A stretch of DNA of 28,910 nt, from positions 1 to 28,910 of the IMG/VR virus record IMGVR_UViG_3300009603_000044. One strand, 5' to 3'. A program made the translations under genes and the position numbers. Position 1 is the first letter of the stretch; every line of letters starts with the position of its first letter. Of this stretch, positions 15,524-26,038 are shown piece by piece. The notes beneath the pieces were generated by a model, which worked only from the letters and a program-made list of their open reading frames with translations, was not told the DNA's origin and ran no database searches. Source of the DNA: a virus (Duplodnaviria > Caudoviricetes).

Positions 15524-18500
15524 TTATGGTCTGTAACTAAGGCCCGGTTGCGATCTTGGTGCTTTTCCAAGGACCGGAACATTCATCTCTTCCATGAAAG
15601 CTTGAGTCAACATACTTAATATATCTATCTTACTCGGCTCTATACTCTGGAATTTTTGTTGAAGTATTTTGATAAGCCTACCATCACTCGCCGGATCGTC
15701 TGGTTGAAACGCTCCGTGAGAAGCATTCTCCATTGCAGAAGCAGCTATGCCCCGAACTAACTCGGGATTTTCTTTATAAAAGAAATCATCTGTAGCTGCT
15801 CGAAAAACTCGATCATAACCGTACTTCTGAGATTGTTCCTTACCACTTTTATCAGGAGCGTAGTAATTCATATTTGAGGCAAGGTCAATTGTCTGAGCCA
15901 ACTTAGTAAAGTTCTCCCGCTTTATACCTTGCAGCTCCCGATACCTGCTAACAATTTCCTGAGCCATAGTAGGGGTAAACTGTTGAGGTTTGAGTCCCCT
16001 CATATAGTTCATAAATTCTCTATTGGTTGCCTCGATATTTTTTATCTGACTAGACATAGTAAATCCCAGAGACTTATCAACATCCATAGTAGTGGTGCGT
16101 ATACCAGTGAACAACCAGTTAAAGATATCAGCTTCCCGGAGAGGCCATCCAGAAGCACTCGTTGCTAGATCTTGAACCTCCTCCGCATCCATAGCCCTAA
16201 ACCATGACATCAGAGCTTGGGAAGTTCCCGGCTCGAAAGCTGAGGCAATCTCGGCTATACCTATCCCAACATTTTCCATGAAACCAAGCGCACCCCCTCG
16301 GTAGTCTTGAAACAGGGCCGTGTCTCTAGTTGGATGTTTATTAGCAACAACATTTATCAGGGCTTCAGTAAGAAACTTTGGATTTGTATACGGACCTATG
16401 GCAGCTTGCTGCATAGCCTTAACCGCTTCCTCTACCTCAAAGTCAGACACATCCTCCCCTGCCAAGATTCTACCAGTGAAGAGTCGGACAGGAACCTTCA
16501 GATAATCTTGAGCATCGAAAGTGGTGGAGTTAATAAATCTGGTATAGATCTTCCCGTCCGATCCTTCTTCCATTCCTGTTAGATGGAATCTATTACTTCC
16601 TTTGCCCCACCCGTGAGTAACAACATCAATCAAACGTACATCATCATTCGTTATTCCAAGCTGCTCATTGTTATTCTGAGTGTACATACCAACGCCAGTA
16701 AGAGTTGTCCCTAGACCTGTCAGTCTCTTCAGGCCGTGAATAACCTGACGTGCATTATGTTTCCCATCAGCGTCTTTCATTAGTCCTTCTTTAATATCTC
16801 TCAGAGCTACCTTGAGTGTATTCTTTGTTGTTCGGACCATCTCTGCGGGGAACAAAGCGTAAGTTCCAATTGGTAATTGAGATAATTGTCTGGCAGCAGG
16901 AGAAGCAACACTGTACGAGGGGATTACATCACGCACCCTCTCGGAAGCCATATCAAATAGTTCATCTACATTTCTCTTTGGAAACATCTTCTTGAGATTA
17001 TTGAATTCAACCTCGTGTGCTATAAGCTTTGCGTAAGTATCAGGAGATCCATAAGCCCGACTCAGGAAGTTCATGCTTCCCCGGTACGCTCTGGAAAATG
17101 GTCTGTTCGGATCTTTCCCGTACAGATTAATATTTTTCATAATCATCTCTGAGGAGAGATCACTATCTATAACCCCATCCTCTTTTAACTTTGCAAGCTT
17201 CTTTAAAGCTTCTGGATTTTTCAGACGAACCTGTTCAAACATATCTGATAAAGCTCTTCGTGCCGCTTTTCCGGCACCCAGATTCAGTACATAACCATTG
17301 GATACCAGAGACTGGAAAGCACCGTAGGTATTAATTGCATACGCTGGAACATCCAAGATGGTTTGAGTAGCCTGACCAAAAGCCGCTGCATTACCAAATA
17401 CATTACCAAAAAGCTGCCCTCCTGCACTTTGAGGCGTCCAGTAATTTATACCTCTATCTATATATCGATAAAATTGTGGGGAGGTATAAATATCTTTTAA
17501 CATTGTACTACTTTTAGCAAAGCTTCCAGCAGCTTTCTCTGTTAGATCGAATAGATTCTCCCCGGCATCAATCTGAAGTTTTCCCTTGACCATCTTCACT
17601 TCTTGTTTAGGAAGAAAGCTAAGGAACCCTCCTAACTTCACCGTGGCAACATCACCAGATTGACGAAGAGCTGACTTGGCAAAATTGTCTACCTGTGCAA
17701 CGTATTCAAGATGGCTAAGAAGTTGTCTTTGTTTAGTAAGTGTTTCAGATATTTTCTGGACACCGCTTTCTTTTTCTCCCAGAAGTCTGAGAATAGATTT
17801 ATCAAATTTTCCCCGTTTTTTTAAAATAGTAGCAGCGTGTGCACCCAATGCCGTCCTTCCCACAAGAGCATCTAATTGCTTACCTAGCGAGAGAAGAAAG
17901 TCTCCTTCTTGAGGCTTTGCAAGATTCGCAACAAGATGTTCTATCATTCCATCTATTTCATCGTTAGACAAATGCTTGGTGGCCTCATCACTTTTTAGAT
18001 GTGTCCGGGCATTCTGCACTTTTGTTAGGAAGGCACCATCTACTTTTTCTCCTTTTAAAGCTTTCTGTATACGTTTTAGATAGGCAGGATTATGATGGGC
18101 CTCAAAGGTTCGGGTAAGATACAGCTCCCCGTCTGTTCTATTAACACCTAACTTTTCAGTTCCTTTAAGCCCTAAGATATCATTAAGTTTTGTTTCATTA
18201 TCTGCAATCTTTTTTTGTGCTCCCCGAAGAGCCTTTAATGTTTCGCCGTTGCCATCGCCAAGTCGAGATAAAATCTCTTGTGCAGCTTCTCTCTCAATCT
18301 CATCACCATCAAGAAACTTGTTAATAAGGTCATCCGGTGCCTTTTCTTGCTTGGCTGCTATAGTAATATCTCGTAGAGATTTCTTGATGTCCAGCACCAT
18401 TGCCTTGTCGTGTCTCTCTCTGCGAATAGCAGCATTCATCAGAGTCTTGGGAAGAGCTGCACTGGAAGACAACAAGCGACCAGCCTTTGTATTAAGTTTA

Positions 18501-19762
18501 GCCAACGTCTCCACAATACGAGTTCTTTGTACAGGAGCACCCTCAACAATTTCATCGGCAGATATCTTAACTACTTTTTGATTGGGACCATCTACTACAT
18601 CTTCTCCAACTCTGGCAAGTACCTCATCAGCTTCTCCTATAAGACGCTTCCCGGCTATAGGAGTTGATCCACTAGTTACACCGGGTCTCCAATCAAGCTT
18701 TGGTACACCTACTGTACCAACTTGCGCCTCATCAATAACTTCTCTTGCTACTGTTTCTGCTGCCTCCTCGACTCCCTCCGTAACAACATCATCGCCCCGT
18801 CCTCGGAGTGCTCTGTATCCTTTCTTAAGACCCTTTCCTACAAGTGGTAAGCCAGCAACAGCTCCCGCACCTAAGAGTACATCAAATGCCGTTTCTACAG
18901 GAGTAATACCCTCGGCACCTTCTTTACCAACTGCTTTTTCAAAATGTTGTCGGGGAAGAGACTCAGCGGTAGCCCATGCACCACCAATCGCACCTAATTT
19001 TGCATACTTCTTTTTAGCGACAGTTTTGGCAGCTTGCTTAGATGTTCTTTCAAGAACCTCTTTTGATATTAACTTCGTAGCCCCGAGGTCCACAGCCTCT
19101 TTAATAGCTTCCTTTGAATAATTTTGTTTGGTAAGATGCTTTCTTAATGCTTTTTTAAATGCAGCCATAGCAGCTTTCTTTCCTACCTGACCTGCCATCC
19201 ACCCAGCAGTTGCTCCTCCTACAGTACCACCGGGACCAGCAACCGAACCTAATACACCAGCACCCACCGCAGCAGCTACACTTAGGAGATTTGCAGAATC
19301 TGTTGCTGCACTACCAAGCGCCCTCCAAGTAGAGGCTGCATCTCCCTTAGTCCTCTCCCATATATCCAGTGAGTCACCCCATGCTTCCTTTACTTCATCA
19401 CTCATCTCTCCAAAGGCATCAGTCTCAACATCAGCCGCTGTCAGAATCATGTTATCAATTTGCCATCCCAGATTAGCGTGACGTTTCTTAAACCAATCAG
19501 AAATATTATCGTAGCCATCGTCCCCGGCCTCGAACTTCTTTCCTGCCTCGTGTTCGTAGATTTTATTAGCCGCCCCAAGCCAAGCCGTGTTGGCATTGAG
19601 ATCGTCCATAGTCAGTTCTACTTTTTTCTGTCCTGCTTCTTGGGTAGACTCTTCTTCTATTACATCAAAATCAGAACTAGAATAAGTTCTCCTACCTCCT
19701 CCCCCCTCTGGAGGAGAAGGAGTTTCTATTACTTCAAAATCAGAACTAGAATAAGTTGCCAT
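15524..19762 (-). CDS. Large internal virion (DNA ejection) protein, 1412 aa
   Basis: Last and largest gene of the podoviral structural block; helical composition with Gly/Ala-rich hydrophobic segments. Function inferred from position. Confidence 0.7.
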   Translation of the reverse strand: MATYSSSDFEVIETPSPPEGGGGRRTYSSSDFDVIEEESTQEAGQKKVELTMDDLNANTAWLGAANKIYEHEAGKKFEAGDDGYDNISDWFKKRHANLGWQIDNMILTAADVETDAFGEMSDEVKEAWGDSLDIWERTKGDAASTWRALGSAATDSANLLSVAAAVGAGVLGSVAGPGGTVGGATAGWMAGQVGKKAAMAAFKKALRKHLTKQNYSKEAIKEAVDLGATKLISKEVLERTSKQAAKTVAKKKYAKLGAIGGAWATAESLPRQHFEKAVGKEGAEGITPVETAFDVLLGAGAVAGLPLVGKGLKKGYRALRGRGDDVVTEGVEEAAETVAREVIDEAQVGTVGVPKLDWRPGVTSGSTPIAGKRLIGEADEVLARVGEDVVDGPNQKVVKISADEIVEGAPVQRTRIVETLAKLNTKAGRLLSSSAALPKTLMNAAIRRERHDKAMVLDIKKSLRDITIAAKQEKAPDDLINKFLDGDEIEREAAQEILSRLGDGNGETLKALRGAQKKIADNETKLNDILGLKGTEKLGVNRTDGELYLTRTFEAHHNPAYLKRIQKALKGEKVDGAFLTKVQNARTHLKSDEATKHLSNDEIDGMIEHLVANLAKPQEGDFLLSLGKQLDALVGRTALGAHAATILKKRGKFDKSILRLLGEKESGVQKISETLTKQRQLLSHLEYVAQVDNFAKSALRQSGDVATVKLGGFLSFLPKQEVKMVKGKLQIDAGENLFDLTEKAAGSFAKSSTMLKDIYTSPQFYRYIDRGINYWTPQSAGGQLFGNVFGNAAAFGQATQTILDVPAYAINTYGAFQSLVSNGYVLNLGAGKAARRALSDMFEQVRLKNPEALKKLAKLKEDGVIDSDLSSEMIMKNINLYGKDPNRPFSRAYRGSMNFLSRAYGSPDTYAKLIAHEVEFNNLKKMFPKRNVDELFDMASERVRDVIPSYSVASPAARQLSQLPIGTYALFPAEMVRTTKNTLKVALRDIKEGLMKDADGKHNARQVIHGLKRLTGLGTTLTGVGMYTQNNNEQLGITNDDVRLIDVVTHGWGKGSNRFHLTGMEEGSDGKIYTRFINSTTFDAQDYLKVPVRLFTGRILAGEDVSDFEVEEAVKAMQQAAIGPYTNPKFLTEALINVVANKHPTRDTALFQDYRGGALGFMENVGIGIAEIASAFEPGTSQALMSWFRAMDAEEVQDLATSASGWPLREADIFNWLFTGIRTTTMDVDKSLGFTMSSQIKNIEATNREFMNYMRGLKPQQFTPTMAQEIVSRYRELQGIKRENFTKLAQTIDLASNMNYYAPDKSGKEQSQKYGYDRVFRAATDDFFYKENPELVRGIAASAMENASHGAFQPDDPASDGRLIKILQQKFQSIEPSKIDILSMLTQAFMEEMNVPVLGKAPRSQPGLSYRP
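19655..19757. repeat. 34-bp direct repeat, 2 copies with 1 mismatch, in frame
   Basis: TTCTATTAC(A/T)TCAAAATCAGAACTAGAATAAGTT at 19655-19688 and 19724-19757. Encodes TYSSSDF(E/D)VIE twice. Confidence 0.9.
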
Positions 19763-19773
19763 TAATTATTTTC

Positions 19774-21921
19774 CTATTCCTTTTCGTCAACATCCTCAAA
19801 ACTATCGTCTCCCCTAAATATTACTACCTTATCCTTTCCTCCCATCCTTACTTTATATTTATGACCTACTATATGGTGAGCCTTATTTTCTGGGAGTGGA
19901 ATCGGATCTTGTCTTTCCACTCCAAACTTTGCTAATTTATCTTGAATAAATTTACCAGCCTTAGCTACATCCTTTATTTCTAAAGCATCTGCCAGAATCT
20001 TATTTATTTCCGCTGTATCTGCTGGTTTAATCTGGCCCTTACCTCTAATTCCGGTAATCCTGAAACCACCGTCTGCCGTTGGCACACCTGTGAACATACC
20101 GCCTTCAACCATATCTTTGAAGGTTCCTCGAATGGCGTTATAAACACCGGGCTTAATGTCAGCTCCAATTCCTGCCTCCTTTAAAGCTCTTGCCTTATTA
20201 TACTGTGCCTGTCCTAGATAATGTCTCATCTGTGTTCGTATAAGAGCTTCATCAAGACCTGCTTTTCTTAGTTGTGCTTCTTTTTTCTGTGCTTCTTTCC
20301 AGAGTGACGGATTAACATTTTTAATAAGATCTAACTCACCTTTAAAAGCTGCTGCTTCATCAGCCGCTCGTTGAGTTTCGTAATCTCTTAAATCTGAAAG
20401 CTCTGCTGTACCTCTCCGTTTCTCGATATCCCTAAGTGCCTTCTGCTGAGCTGCTTCACCTTCTTGCATTCCTCCTAGATATTCAGTTGTTCCACCTAGT
20501 AAAGACTCTATAAAACTTCTTTGGGGTGCTCCTGCTGGAGTTCCCCGAAGAAGGGATCTCATAGCTCGTACGTAACCGGGATGTCCTGTGGGAACCAGTC
20601 TTCGCTGCTCTTCAAAGGTCTGCTTTCTTGCCTCGTCTACTCTATCTTGATAAGCTTGGCTGGCTGTTTTTCTCTCTCCTGCTCGACGTGTATATAAACC
20701 TTTCAGATTACTAGCATCTTCCTCAAGTTTAGTTTGGTACTCTTCTGAAGAAAGCCTACCTGCTCTAAGCCTATCCGTAGCTTTCTTTATTTCAGCTTCA
20801 ACTCTATCTGTAGGACTAGCCTTTCTCATTGCTAATTTTTCAGCTTCGTTTCTTTCTTCCTCCGATAGTGCTAAGAGATTGGTAGCTTCACCCTCATCAA
20901 GATCACCACCCCCGATTTGTCTATACACAACCGGAAGAGAAGATAATCCACCTCCTTCTTTCTTGAATAAGTTACCCCAACTAAATCCTCCGGGAGCATT
21001 TCCAAAGCCACCACCCATGCCGTACATCTTGGCAGCAGTCATTCCCAGACCCAAAAGTTGTGATCCCGTACTTGGACCTTGTGGAGCAGGTCTGGTAGTT
21101 GTCACATCACGTTGTTGCATTAATGGATTACCGTAAACAAATCCTGAATAACCTGCAAGTTTTTCTTGTGGGTATGCTTGCTCTTCCAGATATCTATAGT
21201 AAGCTTCATCCAAGGCTTGCTGTCCCAAAGCCTGTTTCTGTTCTCCAATTGTTGATAACAAACCTTGCTCACTTATACCCGAGGCTAACATAGCTGGACC
21301 CATTCCTGCTATATCCCCGGCTGCTAATCTTTGTGCCTGTTGTTGCTGTTGGAATAAATTTCGTGCATCTTGATAAGCAGCTTGTAATCCCTTCGCTTCA
21401 ATATCTCCCATTTGCTGCATTTGAGCCTGACCAAGTTGTGCAGCCTGAACACCAGCTCTGGAACCCATACCAGACATACCCCCAGCCGAGACAGCCTGTT
21501 TCTCAAATTGCGGCATAATTTGACTCTCAAAAACTTTCTGAGCTTCCCGTTTCTCTATATCTGTAACAGCACGTTGATACGGGGACATATAGCCTTCCAT
21601 TTGCTCAGGAGAAAGATCTGTAAATCTATCTGCCCCAGCCCGGTACATTCCCAGAGCCTCTTCTTGAAGTGGTCTAGACGTCCCAACCAGACCCTTAAGA
21701 CCTTCCTGAGCTTGTAGTTGCTCCGGTGTCATGGGAGCTATAGTCGGATCTAAGTAGGGCTTATATCCTTCTTCCATCTGTGCTTCGTATAATTTTTGAG
21801 CATCTTCCAGAACATCCTTAGCAAAAGGAGCAATTTCCTTAGGAAGTTTTGAAGCTTGAATTGTCTGTTGTGTGGCCGGTTTACTACCACCAAAACCAAA
21901 TAATGAAGATAACATACCCAT
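19774..21921 (-). CDS. Internal virion / pilot (ejection) protein, 715 aa
   Basis: Gly-rich hydrophobic N-terminus, YMSPYQ..V, AGGMSGMGSRA and a Gln/Ala-rich coiled coil typical of pilot proteins. Position in the structural block. Confidence 0.7.
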   Translation of the reverse strand: MGMLSSLFGFGGSKPATQQTIQASKLPKEIAPFAKDVLEDAQKLYEAQMEEGYKPYLDPTIAPMTPEQLQAQEGLKGLVGTSRPLQEEALGMYRAGADRFTDLSPEQMEGYMSPYQRAVTDIEKREAQKVFESQIMPQFEKQAVSAGGMSGMGSRAGVQAAQLGQAQMQQMGDIEAKGLQAAYQDARNLFQQQQQAQRLAAGDIAGMGPAMLASGISEQGLLSTIGEQKQALGQQALDEAYYRYLEEQAYPQEKLAGYSGFVYGNPLMQQRDVTTTRPAPQGPSTGSQLLGLGMTAAKMYGMGGGFGNAPGGFSWGNLFKKEGGGLSSLPVVYRQIGGGDLDEGEATNLLALSEEERNEAEKLAMRKASPTDRVEAEIKKATDRLRAGRLSSEEYQTKLEEDASNLKGLYTRRAGERKTASQAYQDRVDEARKQTFEEQRRLVPTGHPGYVRAMRSLLRGTPAGAPQRSFIESLLGGTTEYLGGMQEGEAAQQKALRDIEKRRGTAELSDLRDYETQRAADEAAAFKGELDLIKNVNPSLWKEAQKKEAQLRKAGLDEALIRTQMRHYLGQAQYNKARALKEAGIGADIKPGVYNAIRGTFKDMVEGGMFTGVPTADGGFRITGIRGKGQIKPADTAEINKILADALEIKDVAKAGKFIQDKLAKFGVERQDPIPLPENKAHHIVGHKYKVRMGGKDKVVIFRGDDSFEDVDEKE

Positions 21922-21924
21922 TGT

Positions 21925-22644
21925 TTAAACCCTTTCTATTAATGGTTTTAGAGCAGCCAGTCCGCTTATTTCTCTGGGCTGTTTATCTGAACCATATGCC
22001 TTTTGTCTAATTTGTTTTACAGTTTCATCCATAACATCAGCTCCCCGATCTGCATTGCCATTACCCAGAGCCGCCATTGTATGACTATCTACCACATATT
22101 CAGAAGGACTCACAGCAAGAGTGGCTACATCCTTCCCACCTTCTTTAATAGGCATACGAACATTATCTTCCATTCCGTGTCCCGTACCCGGTACTCTTCC
22201 AGAAAACTCTCCTCCTGCTGCCAGACTAATTAGCCCTCCATCTTCCATAGCTATCTGAGGATTTATAGCAGATTGACTTAATCTTCCTATGGCTGGATTT
22301 TCCATTGCCGCCAATTGTTGCAGAGCTTCTGTGGCCTCTACTTTCTTTGCTTCCTCAGCCTCTTCAAGAATCTTAGGTTTAATTGCATCTTCAGAAAGCG
22401 AAGCCGTAAGATATGGAACTACCTTTTTTAATTGGGCATTTAAAGAAGGCTCTTCCTTTTGTCCTCCCTCAGGAACGAAGACAGGCATGTTACCAGCTTG
22501 GGGAGGACCACCTTGTGGAGGACCGCCTTGTGGAGGTGCTCCCGAAGAACCACTTTGTATTGCAGACATCATTTCCATACTAGGAGGAGCACCCGGCTCA
22601 CCACTAATAGTCTCTCTTGCTTGCAACATTTCAGCTAAAGCCAT
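21925..22644 (-). CDS. Putative virion protein with GG...VPGTGHG.ED...A..S.SEYVV motif
   Basis: The motif resembles the GPGTG.SD.IPA.LS.GEYV module of phage virion proteins. Pro/Gly-rich N-terminus. Confidence 0.6.
   Translation of the reverse strand: MALAEMLQARETISGEPGAPPSMEMMSAIQSGSSGAPPQGGPPQGGPPQAGNMPVFVPEGGQKEEPSLNAQLKKVVPYLTASLSEDAIKPKILEEAEEAKKVEATEALQQLAAMENPAIGRLSQSAINPQIAMEDGGLISLAAGGEFSGRVPGTGHGMEDNVRMPIKEGGKDVATLAVSPSEYVVDSHTMAALGNGNADRGADVMDETVKQIRQKAYGSDKQPREISGLAALKPLIERV
22498..22542. repeat. 15-bp tandem repeat x3 encoding G(A/G)PPQ
   Basis: TTGGGGAGGACCACC TTGTGGAGGACCGCC TTGTGGAGGTGCTCC. Confidence 0.8.
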
Positions 22645-22850
22645 TACTTTAATCTTCCATAATTAGATTGTGGAGATGTCTGCTCTGCTATAAAGTTACT
22701 ATCATTATATCCTATCTTCTTCATTTTCCCAAACTGCTCCTGCTTCTCATCGAGCCGTCGATGAAAGGGATCAATAGCCTGTCCTGTATTGTAGTTCCCC
22801 AGAAGAGTACTACTATTCACAAGATTAAAATGTTCACTAAATGTTGTCAT
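22644..22850 (-). CDS. Hypothetical protein (68 aa)
   Basis: ATG 22850 is TAATG-coupled to the upstream gene, and its stop is TAATG-coupled to the next gene. Confidence 0.6.
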   Translation of the reverse strand: MTTFSEHFNLVNSSTLLGNYNTGQAIDPFHRRLDEKQEQFGKMKKIGYNDSNFIAEQTSPQSNYGRLK

Positions 22851-23125
22851 TAATTTAAATCCTGCCATTCTGTTGTGGAACCAAGACTTACATATCCTTT
22901 AAACTTCCCTGTACTTGCAGAGTATGCAATGTCTCCTTTACTTGGTCTACCTATGCTTGTAACTGTAACAACCCTATAAATATTAGTTGAGGGTTTTGTA
23001 TCAACTTTAAGATCACGACTATCTAATTCACTAATAAGTACTGAACTCCATCTTTGAACCTCCCGGTATATTTGTTGAAGGTCGTTGTTCCCAATCATAT
23101 AAGGTAGTGTAGGGTATCTTGCCAT
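22850..23125 (-). CDS. Hypothetical structural-module protein (91 aa)
   Basis: TAATG-coupled at both ends. C-terminal GDIAY....GKFKGY.....WQDL beta motif seen in tail-associated proteins. Confidence 0.7.
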   Translation of the reverse strand: MARYPTLPYMIGNNDLQQIYREVQRWSSVLISELDSRDLKVDTKPSTNIYRVVTVTSIGRPSKGDIAYSASTGKFKGYVSLGSTTEWQDLN

Positions 23126-24972
23126 TACCTACCCCCATCTCCTTGCAGTCCAAGCCGAATTGATCCCCATCTCCAGCTTGCATTATTAGACGCACAAGAT
23201 ACCCTCACTTTTGCTTGCCTTCCTCTAGATCTAAAATTTACTTTTTGTGTTGTATTAAAGATATCAAATTCTTTTGTCACACTATCTGTACTCTCAGGAT
23301 ACTCCTTGGTAATGATCTTCATTTTAATTTTACCACCGGATAAATCATAATCTGGAATAACCCTATTCATAAACATAATGGCATTACCATCAGCCACATC
23401 AAAATCACCAGACTCAACAAAAGATATAAGAGTTTCCCCATTTCCTGTAAATATAGATACTGGTTCATTATTATAAATATTATTTCCAGCAGCCGTAACT
23501 CCTGTGGTAATTGTATTTCCAAAAATTTCCTTATCTGCAAAAGTGGTAAAGATCATATCACCGTATACCCAGTAACTTTCCTCAGGATTAAAAATTACAT
23601 ATTTATCACATTCGGTTCCTGTTCCTGAGGCGTACAACCATATAATTTCTCTGAACTCAGAGTTAATTCCAGTATATACTTTATCATAATAAGAAGCATT
23701 AATATCATTAAAGATATATCTGCGTACTGTACACGGGATAACTTCTACCTGACCAGTATTCCTGTAGAAGTTATCGTAGCCCATCCAGTAAGTAACACCA
23801 TTATAGTCAATCCCAGCGTGAGGACCAATAAGACCACAGTTTGTTCCGACTTGTTCGAACCTGAATGTAAAAGGTGGCCCAACAAATTGCATAAGCCATA
23901 ATGCATTATCAGTCCAAATATTAATAGCATTCTTTGCTCGGAGACCTCCAATAATTTTAGTACCATCTGTCAGAACTACCTCACCGGATGTTGTAGTTGC
24001 CGAGGGAGTCCAATTAGTTCTGTCATCCTGATCAGACCATCGAACCAGCATGGGATTGAAAGGACCAGTTACTACAGATGCAGCTGTATATGAATTAGCA
24101 CCCAGAGCAATCAAGTGTCTATCATTAGGAGACACAACAATGGAATTTACACTAACCGGAGATGTGGTAACTGCTGTGGCTCGGGGAGGATCACCAGTTT
24201 CAGGAGTATTAAAATAAAATATATTACTTCCTTTCCGATTAGCTATTACATCCTCTCCCCAGTTATCTAAACTCCACTGTGTAATATTAAAAACAAGCCC
24301 GGAGGCACTAGCCGAGGCAGGTTGACCCCATGCCCTTGTATCTGAGGCACATACCGTTGCTTGATACTTTGCAGCACTATAGCCCAGACCGGCAGCAGCT
24401 ATTGAATATCCAGTGGGTATATAATAATTAAAGGTTGCCGAACCCGCTCCTGTTTCTGTACTATCAGCATTTGCTGTTACATTAATTGTAAATGCATTTG
24501 CACTCTCAACAGAAATGATAGGATATACATTAAGACTTAAATTAACACCACTACTTCCAATAGCTCCACAAGTTGTAAAAAAAACATAATCACCAACCTT
24601 TGCACCATGAGCAGTATCTGAGCAAGATACTCTAGTTGATCCAGAAGAGGTTCCAAAACAGTTTGTTAATGGTACAGCCGTTACTATTGGGGTGATATCA
24701 TATATTTGATCTCCATCATGTTCGTAGAGTTTATCAGGAGTTCCAAAGATCGCTCGACCTACATTATCAACATCAGACCATACCAGAAGATCTCGGGCTG
24801 AACCGTCAAAGGTAGTTCCCTCTGCTCTGGTTTCATATCCTCTCATATTCTCAGGACGAGCGGCCCTGAACCGAACACGATTTCCATCGTACCAACTTTG
24901 CCCCTCAGCATACTGCGTAGTTTCTCTGTTGAAACCAGATTTAAAATCAAATTTTGCTAGTTGAGTTGTCAT
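23125..24972 (-). CDS. Tail nozzle / packaged-DNA stabilisation protein (P22 gp10 / T7 gp12-like beta-propeller)
   Basis: GFNRETTQYA...WYDGNRVRFR, VRWSDQDD..NW, VGTNCGLIG, IPCTV..YIF and FREIIW.Y; beta-rich; about 615 aa from ATG 24972. Confidence 0.75.
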   Translation of the reverse strand: MTTQLAKFDFKSGFNRETTQYAEGQSWYDGNRVRFRAARPENMRGYETRAEGTTFDGSARDLLVWSDVDNVGRAIFGTPDKLYEHDGDQIYDITPIVTAVPLTNCFGTSSGSTRVSCSDTAHGAKVGDYVFFTTCGAIGSSGVNLSLNVYPIISVESANAFTINVTANADSTETGAGSATFNYYIPTGYSIAAAGLGYSAAKYQATVCASDTRAWGQPASASASGLVFNITQWSLDNWGEDVIANRKGSNIFYFNTPETGDPPRATAVTTSPVSVNSIVVSPNDRHLIALGANSYTAASVVTGPFNPMLVRWSDQDDRTNWTPSATTTSGEVVLTDGTKIIGGLRAKNAINIWTDNALWLMQFVGPPFTFRFEQVGTNCGLIGPHAGIDYNGVTYWMGYDNFYRNTGQVEVIPCTVRRYIFNDINASYYDKVYTGINSEFREIIWLYASGTGTECDKYVIFNPEESYWVYGDMIFTTFADKEIFGNTITTGVTAAGNNIYNNEPVSIFTGNGETLISFVESGDFDVADGNAIMFMNRVIPDYDLSGGKIKMKIITKEYPESTDSVTKEFDIFNTTQKVNFRSRGRQAKVRVSCASNNASWRWGSIRLGLQGDGGR

Positions 24973-24973
24973 A

Positions 24974-26038
24974 TTAAAGCTTGATAATAAATTGCACAAT
25001 CAATGAAGGAGGTATATTACTATGTGCGCCATCACTACCAGCAGTACTAGTACCTAATACACACACACCAGCTCCAGTTAATTTAGGTGAGTAAAAACCA
25101 GAATGCTCATTACCATCTTGGTATGTTGAAACGTAACCATTATAATCATGATCGTGAGAAGCAAGTTGTGCCTCTGTCAATGTTACAGCTTGTACACCAC
25201 CAGTATTACCTATGGTAGTTCCAATAATCATTCCTGCTGTTACACTAGTTAATCCAGAGCCAATTCCTGCCATAAATCTACCAGCAAGATCAGGAACATT
25301 AAATGTAGTTGATCCATTACCAGCACCATATTTAGTCGAAATAACAGTAAACAAGGCAGAGGTTGAAGTACCAGTACGATTATGATCAGAACCATCACAT
25401 AATTTATACCCGGTTGGTGCCGCTGTAACACCGTAAGGTAATATAACTCCCGTAGGAAGAAGTCCTGTTATGTTAAGACCATCTCCATAGAATGCCGAAG
25501 CACATACCTTACTACTTACATGAACATCACCCTTGAATGTTCCTGTTCCAGATACAGTAACTGTCGATTCAAAAGTAGCTGCTCCCTGTACAGTTATAGC
25601 AGTTGGAAACTTTGTAGGAGTAACATTATAAACCGAAGTTCCATTTGTAATTACAAACGTATTGGAACTTGAAGGAATAGTTACCCCAACACTACCAGCA
25701 ACACGAAGAATAACAGCATCACTAGCATTATTATACGATACAGAATTCCGAACAACATACGTCTTTGAATTATTAGGAATAAGGACAAAGATAGATGTAT
25801 GAGCACCACCAATAGAACCATTAATTTCTAGGATAGCAGACCGAGCCTGATCACCGGAACCTGTATTATTAGTCAGAGTAACACTAACAGTACTGCCAAT
25901 AGATACTTCAGTATATCCAGCTACTGCTTCGTCTACAAGACTAATAACTCCATCATTAAGAATCTGTCCCCAACTATTAGGATTCTCTCCATCCGCTTGC
26001 TTGGTCAGACGAAGATTACTTGTATATGTGCTTGCCAT
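24974..26038 (-). CDS. Short tail fibre with phage tail collar domain
   Basis: N-terminal MASTYT.NLRL....GEN..SWG...N anchor. Collar motif PTGVILPY...APTGYKLCDGS...LF.VI.TKYGAGNGSTTFNVPDL.GRF; ends H.NIPP......FIIK. Confidence 0.88.
   Translation of the reverse strand: MASTYTSNLRLTKQADGENPNSWGQILNDGVISLVDEAVAGYTEVSIGSTVSVTLTNNTGSGDQARSAILEINGSIGGAHTSIFVLIPNNSKTYVVRNSVSYNNASDAVILRVAGSVGVTIPSSSNTFVITNGTSVYNVTPTKFPTAITVQGAATFESTVTVSGTGTFKGDVHVSSKVCASAFYGDGLNITGLLPTGVILPYGVTAAPTGYKLCDGSDHNRTGTSTSALFTVISTKYGAGNGSTTFNVPDLAGRFMAGIGSGLTSVTAGMIIGTTIGNTGGVQAVTLTEAQLASHDHDYNGYVSTYQDGNEHSGFYSPKLTGAGVCVLGTSTAGSDGAHSNIPPSLIVQFIIKL

Noticed and set aside
18249-19121. Long + strand ORFs (110-179 aa) opposite the internal virion gene
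   Set aside because: Ser/Thr/Pro-rich antisense shadows of the real gene, with no RBS or motifs.
19655-19757. 34-bp repeat with 35-bp spacer resembling a mini-CRISPR array, with a Cas4-like gene in the same window
   Set aside because: Only two copies, a 69-bp in-frame period inside a coding region, no palindrome or leader. Solo Cas4-like nucleases are common in phage replication modules.
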